A stretch of DNA of 64,000 bases from Gemmatimonadales bacterium (GCA_037189525.1 JBBCJC010000002.1:194286-258285); one strand, 5' to 3'; counted from the stretch's first letter, positions 20,661-28,940 are shown. Notes: generated by a model not told the origin, from the letters alone. Translations and numbers: made by a program.

Positions 20661-20689
20661 AGCTTAGTGGGCTGATTTCTACAACACAA
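20661..20689 (-). promoter_or_regulatory. Candidate sigma-70-type promoter giving a leaderless transcript for the leader ORF
   Basis: The minus strand reads TTGTGT-17 nt-TAAGCT-6 nt-ATG. The TTG of the -35 and the TAnnnT of the -10 are conserved, and the geometry would place +1 on the A of the ATG. The hexamers are weak. Confidence 0.25.
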
Positions 20690-20966
20690 GCGGTTGAGAC
20701 CTTGGAAGCAAATCATGCACTCGGCAGCGTACAACGCCGGGTTGATTCCCTGCGAGCCGCCAATGGCCGGCTGCACACGTCGGTTGGTGTCCTCGACGCA
20801 CCAGGATCACGCCCAACTCGTCACCCGGCAAGTTGTTTGGGTTCCTCCCTCGCCCTTACTGCGGCATTGACGGCGGAATTGCCCTATCAGCGGACGAACT
20901 AACTGGTACATGTGGCCGTGATCAGCATCACGGACAAATGGAGAGAACGCGGAATACCTTAGCCGG

Positions 20967-21512
20967 ATGCGATACCTTTCCGTGGTGGGGACCCTCGTTC
21001 TCCTCGCTGGCGCGCCTCCTCTCGCGCTTCACGCCCAGGAGCGCGGTCACGCCGCGTCTGCTGCGCTCCGGGTCGGGGGCGCGCCGGATAACGGCGGCAC
21101 AGCCTCACTCGGCTTCGAGTTCCGCAGCCCGGCTGCCGGGCGAATCGCGCTCAGTGCAGGCGTCGACCGCTGGTTTCGGGCGGTTGGTTGCGACGCCGCC
21201 ATCGGGGCACCAAGTGATGGTGGCGCGTGGGCTGCGGAAGCCGGTCTGATACTCCATTTGGCCCCAGCGACACGGGCTATGATTCCCTACGCTGCAGCGA
21301 GGCTCGGTCGCCTGTTTCCAGACAACTCCGCTGAGGAGCCTGGGTGGAATCCAAGCCTCAGCGTCGGCTTCGCTGCTCGCGCACAGTCGACCGTGGGATT
21401 CGTCTTTGAGGTCAAGTACAGTGCACTGATCGGTGAGGAGCCTATACCCTCGAAATATGCAGATCGGAGCGATCGGGTTTTCGTTCAGGGGGGAGTCAGG
21501 CTTTCCTTCTAG
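20967..21512 (+). CDS. Small exported protein, probable outer-membrane beta-barrel
   Basis: 181 aa with signal peptide MRYLSVVGTLVLLAGAPPLALHAQ. It has alternating hydrophobic beta-strand patterning and a C-terminal aromatic residue (VRLSF). Confidence 0.5.
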   Translation: MRYLSVVGTLVLLAGAPPLALHAQERGHAASAALRVGGAPDNGGTASLGFEFRSPAAGRIALSAGVDRWFRAVGCDAAIGAPSDGGAWAAEAGLILHLAPATRAMIPYAAARLGRLFPDNSAEEPGWNPSLSVGFAARAQSTVGFVFEVKYSALIGEEPIPSKYADRSDRVFVQGGVRLSF

Positions 21513-21752
21513 TGACTGGCTAACGCCTAAGCCCTGTGAATTCGGCCGCTGGCTTCATGACCTGCCAACGGCCGGTTCAGTTTCACCTGGTATCCTCACC
21601 TCACATTGAGGTACCGATACAGTTGGTTGGGTCTGGCAGTGGCTGCAGTCACGCGACGCATTGCCCTGCTTAACGTACTCCTGCTCGCGTTCTCAAAAGC
21701 ATGAGCTTCACTGCACTAACCCGCGACCTCCCCATCGTGGCGCACCCCTTGG

Positions 21753-21881
21753 GGGGCATTGGGGGCGGGTTCGGGGCGGCGCCGCCAGCGCGTCAGTCGG
21801 CGCCCCCGCCATGCCACCATCTCAACATCATCCGCGCGACTGCAGCGCCAGGCACCGCCCCGAACCCGCCCCCAATGCCCC
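21753..21881. repeat. 31-bp inverted repeat (30/31 match) with a 67-nt spacer; each arm is a G-quadruplex-type G-run motif
   Basis: Left arm 21753..21783 is GGGGCATTGGGGGCGGGTTCGGGGCGGCGCC. Right arm 21851..21881 is GGCACCGCCCCGAACCCGCCCCCAATGCCCC. The right arm starts 10 nt after the stop of the minus-strand M14 gene. Confidence 0.6.
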
Positions 21882-21891
21882 GACCCGGATC

Positions 21892-24780
21892 CTAACGAAC
21901 CACGTCGTTCCAGTTGAGCAATGTGTTGAAGACCATGCCAAACTCCCCGTGGTTCTGCCAGCGATAGATCGGGTTGTTCGAGAAGAGAACGACGCGGCCG
22001 TTGCCGTACCGTGCGCGCGGAATGTCGACGACGAACGGGCGTCCCTTGAGCGAATCGGCGCCGATCATCAGACCGGACAAGACCGAGGCGTCGCCGCCGA
22101 CGTAGCGCGCGACCACATTGTCCTCGTGCGCGACGCCGACCCGGAACGGCTGACCGCCCACGTACTTGACCGGGATGGTCTTGCCGGCATAGCCATAAAA
22201 GATCGGGTGATCGGTGCGCACGATCTCGCCCTGGATCAGCGGGCGGCGCGTCGTAAGGCCAGGCACGGTCACTCGCTCGACCGTACCGGCCCAGCCGAAT
22301 TCGATCGGGAGGCGTGCCGCATCGCCGATGGCAATCAGCGTCCCGCCCGCTTCGAGAAAGGCCGCGAAGGCATCGACGCCGGCCTGGCCGAAGCCGCCGG
22401 TGATATCGGGAGACTCACCGTACATGCCGAGGAACTGGTACTTGTCGCTCTTCTGGTAGGGAACCGGCTTTTCGTTCGGGAGCCGCATCACCGCCGTCCG
22501 GCTGAGATCCTGTTCCGCCGTGAAGATGACGTCGTACTTGGCGCGCAGGTTCCCCTGGACCACTTGCTCCTTGTAGATCAGATCGAAGGGAATCTCGAAA
22601 TTGTCGAACGTCAGCCGGTACCAGCCGAGATTCTGAGTTCCGGTCCACTGCGAGTAGACCGCGATCCGCGGCAAATCCGCCTCATGCGTCGGCACGTCCG
22701 GCATGCTCGACAGAGCTGCTGCCGTGAGGCCGAGCGATTCGACCGCCGTCCGCACCGCCGCGGCATGCGTGGCCCCGGTCACCAGGAACGACCCCGCTGG
22801 AAACTCGACACCGTCCACCTTGAAGGCGCGCTGCGCCACCTTCATCGGGACGTCGCGAAGACGATAGCGGAGGGTGACCATGTGGTTGGAACCCAAGTGC
22901 GCGATCGCGATGCCTGCCGAGCCGCTGCCGGTTACCGTTCCTTTGAGCGTGACGGTCGTGACCAGCGTGGTCGATACTTTGAGAATCGACGCATCGGCCA
23001 CTTCGACGACGTCGAGACCCATGGCATAGCCCATGGTCCAGCCGCTGTCGTCATAGGTGTTGAGCCGGGCATCGGGGAACTGCTGCTTTTCGAGCAGGTT
23101 CTTGGCCAGCCGGCCGTAGGGCTGATCCCGCTTGATCACGTACGACCCGGCCGGATAACTCACCGAATCGATCTTGAAGGCCTGCCGCGCAACCCCGACC
23201 TCGATTCGCTGGCTCCGCAGGATGTTGACGAGTTCCGCCGCGCGGGTCATGTCCCGCTGGACCGGAATCACATAGCCGAAGGGCGCCTTGGTCTTCCCTT
23301 CCTCGATCGAGTTCTTCGTCTTGACGTAGAAGTTCTCGAGGATGGTGGCCGGGAACATGGCGGCGAGCTGCAGCGCGGAGAGCACCCCCGTCTGCATATA
23401 GTTGGCATTGGCGCGGCGGGTGAAGTTGGCCGAATCCTCCGGACCAATCGGAATGCCGCGGTACCATTCGCGATCCTGCGCCCCGCCCCGACCGGTCGGG
23501 ATTCCTCCCGGTCCGGCACCGGTCGCCGGCCGTGCCGCACCCGCACGGCCGCGGGCCGAGTCAGCCTTCGTGGAATCGGGACGCGGCGCGACGCGCTCGA
23601 CATTATCGAGGTCGCGACCTGACTGCGTCTCGTACATCTTCATCAGGCCGTTGTGATTGTAGGCCACCGACCCCAAATACCCGGGCGACCACCCGTCCAT
23701 GAACGCATGAGTGTAGACGCCAGGCATGCCGTACTTGGTCATCTGGGCCATTTCCCAGTTGGCAAACCACGGCAGCTCCGCAAACAGGAGCGGATCGAGA
23801 TTCGGATTCTGCGGCGCGGCACCGCTGTAGCTGTACAGGAGCGGCAAAGATTCGTGCAGGTCGTGCATGATCGGCGGATAGGCGGTGAAGTACCAGTCCA
23901 CCAGGGAACGCATCTGGATCAGTGACAGGTTGATGTCACGATTGTTGTCGTGATAAGCATAACGCCCCCAGTACGGCACGTTGGGAGTGATCCGCCGCGC
24001 CAGCTGACGCACACTATCCCGTACGGCTTCGCTGGCCCGCGTCGTATCAGGCGGCGGCGGCCGGAGCGGATTGTTCAATCCGGCTTCGAGGTTGCGATGG
24101 AACCAGTCGACGTTACGATCTCGGCCATCCGCATCAGCCGCCGGCGTGATGGAGACGATCAGATTCTCGCGGATCTGCGAGATGATCGGCGAGGTTTCCG
24201 TCGCGAGCCGGTAGACCAGCTCCATCAGCATCTCGGACGGACCCGTTTCACCGCTGTGCAATCCGCCCATCAGGTGATAGTGCGGCTTGGTCTGCTTGAT
24301 CAACGCGGCGATGTCGGCGTCGGTTTTGCCGCGCGGGTCGGCAATGGTCGCCAGGTTGCGCTTGTTGGCGTCCAGCGTCTTCATATTCTCTTCCGACGTG
24401 ACCCAGACGACCACCAGCTCGCGCCCCTCGTCCGACCGGCCGATCGTCTCGATTCGGACCCGCGGCGTTGCCGCAGCCAGCGCGCGGTAGTAACGAAGCT
24501 GGTCCGCATAGTACGTCAGCCGCTTCGGAATCCCGATGTGGTACCCCAGGATGTCACGGGGCGTCGGAATCCCGGCAACCAGCGGAAGGTGGTCGACCAG
24601 CGGGCTACCGAGCCGCGGATTGGGCAGCCATTCCCGATAGCTCTTTTCGAACGTCGGATCCTGCTTCTGATTGGGATCACGAGTCGCGGTAGAGGTCTGC
24701 TGGGCGGCGAGAGACGACGCGAGGAGCGTACAGGCAAAAGCCGCCGCTCCGGCAGTCGCGCGGACCGATCGGAGGTTCAT
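21892..24780 (-). CDS. Large exported M14-family zinc carboxypeptidase-like protein
   Basis: 962 aa with signal MNLRSVRATAGAAAFACTLLASSLAAQ. It carries the HxxE zinc-ligand motif in GGLHSGETGPSEMLMELVYRLA. Confidence 0.8.
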   Translation of the reverse strand: MNLRSVRATAGAAAFACTLLASSLAAQQTSTATRDPNQKQDPTFEKSYREWLPNPRLGSPLVDHLPLVAGIPTPRDILGYHIGIPKRLTYYADQLRYYRALAAATPRVRIETIGRSDEGRELVVVWVTSEENMKTLDANKRNLATIADPRGKTDADIAALIKQTKPHYHLMGGLHSGETGPSEMLMELVYRLATETSPIISQIRENLIVSITPAADADGRDRNVDWFHRNLEAGLNNPLRPPPPDTTRASEAVRDSVRQLARRITPNVPYWGRYAYHDNNRDINLSLIQMRSLVDWYFTAYPPIMHDLHESLPLLYSYSGAAPQNPNLDPLLFAELPWFANWEMAQMTKYGMPGVYTHAFMDGWSPGYLGSVAYNHNGLMKMYETQSGRDLDNVERVAPRPDSTKADSARGRAGAARPATGAGPGGIPTGRGGAQDREWYRGIPIGPEDSANFTRRANANYMQTGVLSALQLAAMFPATILENFYVKTKNSIEEGKTKAPFGYVIPVQRDMTRAAELVNILRSQRIEVGVARQAFKIDSVSYPAGSYVIKRDQPYGRLAKNLLEKQQFPDARLNTYDDSGWTMGYAMGLDVVEVADASILKVSTTLVTTVTLKGTVTGSGSAGIAIAHLGSNHMVTLRYRLRDVPMKVAQRAFKVDGVEFPAGSFLVTGATHAAAVRTAVESLGLTAAALSSMPDVPTHEADLPRIAVYSQWTGTQNLGWYRLTFDNFEIPFDLIYKEQVVQGNLRAKYDVIFTAEQDLSRTAVMRLPNEKPVPYQKSDKYQFLGMYGESPDITGGFGQAGVDAFAAFLEAGGTLIAIGDAARLPIEFGWAGTVERVTVPGLTTRRPLIQGEIVRTDHPIFYGYAGKTIPVKYVGGQPFRVGVAHEDNVVARYVGGDASVLSGLMIGADSLKGRPFVVDIPRARYGNGRVVLFSNNPIYRWQNHGEFGMVFNTLLNWNDVVR

Positions 24781-24867
24781 GGGTGTATTCCCGGAGGATG
24801 TGACGTCGACGAACTACTGAATAATACGCGCGACCGCACAGGGATGCTGACAAATCCGCGGATTGTC

Positions 24868-26124
24868 TCAGCGCGCGCCGCCGGTCGCGATGACGCGGCC
24901 GTCGACCGCATCTATATAGAGGTCCGCGGTGCCGGCCGCATCGGCAAACCCGACGCGCCAGGCCAGCCGATGAGCAGGATCGGCCAGCTCGGTCGGGCGA
25001 ACATAGCAGAGCGCCGGAGTACCGGGCATCATCTCGGAGTCGAGCTCCCGCTCGGTCCGAGCAGCGAGCGCCAGCCGCAGCGCCTCCTCCGCATCCAATT
25101 CCGCCCCGGTGCGCGGCAGCAACGACTGTGCCCATCGCGTCCTCACGCCGACCAAACGCCCCGACTCGGCGTGGACCTCCACCTGATGGAAGTCGCCTGC
25201 GACCGGGATATCATTGGACAGGTGGAGCCATGTCACCCGCCAGGTCCGCACTGGATCACTCCGACCGACCCGGCCGGCCGTGGGATTGCTGGCGCCTTCG
25301 GGAGGCGGTGCGGTACGGGTCGCTGCCGCGATGAGCGCCGCCACCGGCAGCGAACGCCGCGCCGGCGGATCGGCCAGGCGGGCTAGCGACCATCCGGCCA
25401 CGGGACCACCCGGACCGTCGACCTCGACCGTCGCCGCCGACCAGTGACGCCAGGTTGCCAAGCGCACCTGACGTCCACCGCCGTAGCCTTCGACGTTCTC
25501 GAGCGCAAGCACGACATACCGATGCGCCGGTTTCGGCCGAATTCCCGCGCGACGGAGGCGGGCTTCGAACAAATCGAGCATCGCCAGGCGCGCACGATAC
25601 TCGATGGCGCCGTCCGAGACGTCGAATGCCCGGCCGCTCAGCACCTGAATCGCCCGATGGGTTGCGGGGTCGGCCCAGACCCGTACCGCGCCAACCTGGC
25701 CTCGGATCGAGGTTCGAATCCGGACCTCGTAGGTCCAGCCGAGCGGATCGAGAAAGACCGCTCGCTGCTCGCGCACCTCCGCACCAACCAGGGCGAGCTC
25801 CGCCACGACCGCCTGCCCGACCTCTGGACCAGGCGCCGGCGGCCGAACCGCGGCGCCGAGCCGGCCGTCGTCCCGCCAACCGACCAGGCCGTCTTCCCGA
25901 TCGAAGAAAACCACCACATCGGGACCCGCTGCCAGCACCGACAGGTCGACCCGCCGAACCGGCGCCAGCGAGGGATGCAGGCTCGACTCCTCCGTCTCGT
26001 ACGCGAGGATTCGCCGACCGGTCGGCCGGCCCTCGGGTAGCCGCTCTTCGATCAGCCGCTCGGCCCGAGCCCAGTCGGGATCCGGACCGGCACGCGAACC
26101 GCTGGACGGAGGCGGTTCAGCCAA
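24868..26124 (-). CDS. Four-repeat PepSY-like protein (candidate inhibitor/immunity partner)
   Basis: 418 aa. TTG start overlaps the upstream stop by 8 nt. There are four modules of about 90-100 aa, each ending in a PepSY-like turn: FFDREDGLVGW, WADPATHRAIQV, VHAESGRLVGV, IDAVDGRVIAT. The last module begins LDAEEALRLALAA. Confidence 0.5.
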   Translation of the reverse strand: MAEPPPSSGSRAGPDPDWARAERLIEERLPEGRPTGRRILAYETEESSLHPSLAPVRRVDLSVLAAGPDVVVFFDREDGLVGWRDDGRLGAAVRPPAPGPEVGQAVVAELALVGAEVREQRAVFLDPLGWTYEVRIRTSIRGQVGAVRVWADPATHRAIQVLSGRAFDVSDGAIEYRARLAMLDLFEARLRRAGIRPKPAHRYVVLALENVEGYGGGRQVRLATWRHWSAATVEVDGPGGPVAGWSLARLADPPARRSLPVAALIAAATRTAPPPEGASNPTAGRVGRSDPVRTWRVTWLHLSNDIPVAGDFHQVEVHAESGRLVGVRTRWAQSLLPRTGAELDAEEALRLALAARTERELDSEMMPGTPALCYVRPTELADPAHRLAWRVGFADAAGTADLYIDAVDGRVIATGGAR

Positions 26125-27994
26125 GAGCGGCCTCGCCGTGATCGGGCGGTAACGGATCGAACCCCATGCGTTCGTCTATCGACCGGAGCCGAGGTTCGTA
26201 ATACACCGGGTCGCCGGTCCGTGCCAGCTCCGCATATACCTCGACGAACCGGTAGGGGTCCCACTCATCCTGACCCATGTCGACCCCGGTTTCCTTGATC
26301 CAGCGTCGAAAGAGCCGGCTCGCAAAGGATGCGTTGACCTGGCCGTCGACCGAATACACCCAACCATGGGTGTAACAGGTTCCGTTCGTTGCGTACCAGC
26401 CGATCAGCCCGTCGCTCACTGCGGTTCGGCAACCGCCCACGTAATGCAGGAACCGCGGCACCGCGTCCGCCTCGATACTGAGGGCGCCTTCCGCCAGCTG
26501 TCGATTCGCGCCACGAGTACCGACCTGGACGTAGTCGTCGTCAGTCGCCTGGCGATTGTGACGATTCATCAGCATCACACCGCTTCCCACCATCGGAATG
26601 GTCCGATACGGACCCGGGTTGCCACAGCCGAGTTGAATCGGCCAGGCATACTCGGCGTGATGCTCGACCGCCTCCGCTTCTGCTTCGGGACTTAGGTATC
26701 GATCGGGGCAGACCAGCCCGTCAGGCGGAAAACCCGAATGGGGGTGATCGATCGGCTGATTGTTGCGAGTCGGGTGATCGGCATGCCAGCAATCGCCGTA
26801 TGCATGACCGATATGTACCACGATGTACCGGTTGCGCGTCTGGCGATGATACTCCGCCGGCGTCGTCATCGGGCTCGTCAGGACCGTGGCGTGAAAGTAC
26901 TTTGAGTGCCGGTTCATGACCTCGCCGATTTCCCGAATCGCCGGCACCCGATAAGGGTTGTCTCGCGAGGCCGCATACAACAGGCACATGAAGCGCATGT
27001 GGAGAGCATCGCGCTCGTGGGCGAGGTAATCCCGTTCAGTCACCGGTATCCAACGGTCGCTCTGGCCGACCTGAATCCAGAGGGCGTAGAAGTTGTTCCC
27101 GGGATACTTCCAGTGCTCGGCATGATTGCCGAAGATCACCTTCGGGTTGCGTCCGCTCACCTTGACGTTGCCGCCACGCACGGTGCCCGGCTCGATCCCT
27201 GGCTGCGCAGATGCGTCCCGGCCGGAAAAGTCGTAGAGGCGGTCGTGCGCCGGGGCCTCGATCTCGACGATGCGCGTCACGGCGAATCGGATCGGTGTAT
27301 CGTCCGGGACGTTCTTGAGCCTCAGGTCGATTTCCGTGTCACCGCGCGCCGGCTCGTCTGGATCGCCGGCAGGCAACACCGACCGACTGGCCCAGCGCGC
27401 CCGCACTACGATGTCGATCGGCACCATGACCGCATCGTGGGACACCGTACCTTCGTCGTCGGGCCCCGGCGGTTCGTCGGCATCCCGATTCCAGACCTCG
27501 AGCCGCACCCAGACCGGCGCATCCAGCGCGGAGATCCGTCCGCCGCCCGCCAGATCTCCCGACCAGCGCCGCTCCTCAACCAGCGTGTGCGCACCGTGGA
27601 TCAATTCGTCGGACTGCAGGGCAATGGTGTGTAGTGCGGTGGGTTCGGGGTCGCCGTCGGGGAGGGCCAGCTGCTCGCCGATCTCCGCGCCGATTGCCGG
27701 CCCCGTATCGGCCGACTCGGTGGTGTCGTCGCCACCCGAATCGTCCGCTGTATCGGCATCGTCACGCGTTTCTTCTCGAGGGGGAGACCGATAGAAACTC
27801 AAACGCCCGCGCCGGATCTGGGCATTGGGATCGAATACCCGATAACTGAGCAACAGACGATCGGTCGAAGGATCCCAGCGCGGCGGTCCGCTCAGTTCGG
27901 CAACCGAAAAGCCGGCGACGCGAATTTCGGTTTCACGGCCGGTTCGGACGTCATCGGTCAAGACTGGTGCAGCTTCGTCGGAGGGCTCTGTCAT
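26117..27994 (-). CDS. 625-aa hypothetical protein, candidate DUF4123-dependent effector
   Basis: ATG overlaps the upstream stop (ATGA). It has an acidic low-complexity linker (REETRDDADTADDSGGDDTTESADTG) and a His/Cys-rich C-terminal domain (YIVVHIGHAYGDCWHADHP...HPHSG...FLHYVGGCRTA). No family is recognised. Confidence 0.6.
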   Translation of the reverse strand: MTEPSDEAAPVLTDDVRTGRETEIRVAGFSVAELSGPPRWDPSTDRLLLSYRVFDPNAQIRRGRLSFYRSPPREETRDDADTADDSGGDDTTESADTGPAIGAEIGEQLALPDGDPEPTALHTIALQSDELIHGAHTLVEERRWSGDLAGGGRISALDAPVWVRLEVWNRDADEPPGPDDEGTVSHDAVMVPIDIVVRARWASRSVLPAGDPDEPARGDTEIDLRLKNVPDDTPIRFAVTRIVEIEAPAHDRLYDFSGRDASAQPGIEPGTVRGGNVKVSGRNPKVIFGNHAEHWKYPGNNFYALWIQVGQSDRWIPVTERDYLAHERDALHMRFMCLLYAASRDNPYRVPAIREIGEVMNRHSKYFHATVLTSPMTTPAEYHRQTRNRYIVVHIGHAYGDCWHADHPTRNNQPIDHPHSGFPPDGLVCPDRYLSPEAEAEAVEHHAEYAWPIQLGCGNPGPYRTIPMVGSGVMLMNRHNRQATDDDYVQVGTRGANRQLAEGALSIEADAVPRFLHYVGGCRTAVSDGLIGWYATNGTCYTHGWVYSVDGQVNASFASRLFRRWIKETGVDMGQDEWDPYRFVEVYAELARTGDPVYYEPRLRSIDERMGFDPLPPDHGEAALG

Positions 27995-28317
27995 CGCCGA
28001 GCTCGATCGGGAATGGCGGTGAATCGGGCCATGCCACCGCTGCGCGCCAAGCCCTCGAAACGAACCCGACCCTCACGGTCGGTGCGCCCTTCCAGCGTTT
28101 CACCGGTATCCAGTTCGATCCGCACATCCTGGTCGGGCACCGGGTCGCCCGCGTCGTCCCGGAGAACGACGCCAAGCCAGGTGTCCTGCGGATCATCCGG
28201 GAGGACCGGCCCCGGTTCGGTTGCCGGACGCGGCCCGGTACGGCACGGTGCGCAGGCCGATCCGCCGCCGGGCGGAGCAAGCGCGTCCGCCTGCGCCTGG
28301 GAAACTCGAAGCGTCAT
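27991..28317 (-). CDS. 108-aa small beta-rich protein (transthyretin/CarboxypepD_reg-like pattern)
   Basis: Coupled by ATGA overlaps on both sides. VVLRDDAGDPVPDQDVRIELDTGETLEGRTDREGRVRFEGL resembles small beta-sandwich adaptor domains. The assignment is weak. Confidence 0.5.
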   Translation of the reverse strand: MTLRVSQAQADALAPPGGGSACAPCRTGPRPATEPGPVLPDDPQDTWLGVVLRDDAGDPVPDQDVRIELDTGETLEGRTDREGRVRFEGLARSGGMARFTAIPDRARR

Positions 28318-28892
28318 CGGATGGCCCCGCCGAGTGAAGCGTGCTGCTCGCCGATGCGCCGCCAGAGGAGTTCACAGGAACCATCCGGACGACCAACAGC
28401 GAATGCGTCGACCGGGCCGAAGAAATCGGGCAGGTCGACATCCGGCGCGGTGAGATAGCGGGACAACACTCGGGGATCGTAATAGCGGAAGTACCACGAT
28501 TCGCCCGCCGGACTCTCGACGATGAGGAACTGCCGGAAGTGGCGATACAGCGCTTCGAAACCGGCGCCGGACAGCACCAGCACACCCCACGGCTCGTGCC
28601 ACACCGTGTCCCGCAGCCACGCGAGCGTGTCGGCATCGACCCGAAACAGATACGGCGCAATGGCCCAGAGTTCTTCCTCGGCGCGCCCGCGATAGAGCGA
28701 CCGCGCGCGGCCGGGATTAGAGGCTCGGCACCGGACCGGAACCGCGGGCTGATCGCAGGCATCGACGAGCGCATAGAGGCGGCCGGCATCGGACCATCGG
28801 GTGATGGTTGCCGGGGCAACATCGGTGCGTTGAAGCGAGGTCACCCGGAAAATATGGGTCAGCGGCGGCCGGAGCGGCAACGTCGCATTCAA
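28314..28892 (-). CDS. DUF4123 domain protein (T6SS effector adaptor/chaperone family, Tap/Tec-like)
   Basis: 192 aa. TTG 28892 has GGAG 5 nt upstream. LYALVDACDQP...LYRGRAEEELWAIAPYLFRV...WL...WGVLVLSGAGFEALYRHFRQFLIVESPAGESWYFRYYDPRVLSRYL matches the DUF4123 consensus as I recall it. Confidence 0.8.
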   Translation of the reverse strand: MNATLPLRPPLTHIFRVTSLQRTDVAPATITRWSDAGRLYALVDACDQPAVPVRCRASNPGRARSLYRGRAEEELWAIAPYLFRVDADTLAWLRDTVWHEPWGVLVLSGAGFEALYRHFRQFLIVESPAGESWYFRYYDPRVLSRYLTAPDVDLPDFFGPVDAFAVGRPDGSCELLWRRIGEQHASLGGAIR

Positions 28893-28940
28893 TCAGGCTC
28901 CGTTGCGATTGGGAAATCGGTCCGGTACCTTCCGTCCTAT

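Noticed and set aside
20667-20763. tRNA/tmRNA-like ends on the plus strand: GGGCTGATTTCT... at the 5' side and ...CCGGGTTGATTCCCTGCGAGCCGCCA at the 3' side.
   Set aside because: The acceptor stem pairs only 4 bp (GGCT/AGCC). The T-loop is 6 nt and lacks the GTTCRA consensus. I could fold no D or anticodon arms. At about 95 nt it is too short for tmRNA. Running tRNAscan-SE/ARAGORN would settle it.
20655-20966. Possible L-box (lysine) riboswitch in the long gap upstream of lysC.
   Set aside because: Only scattered resemblances are present (AGTAAGGGCGAGGGAGG). I could not find the GAGGCGC P1/P2 start, the CCGAAG/CTGGG blocks or the ACTGTCA element. I kept the leader-peptide attenuator hypothesis as the alternative. 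An Infernal search with RF00168 is the decisive test.
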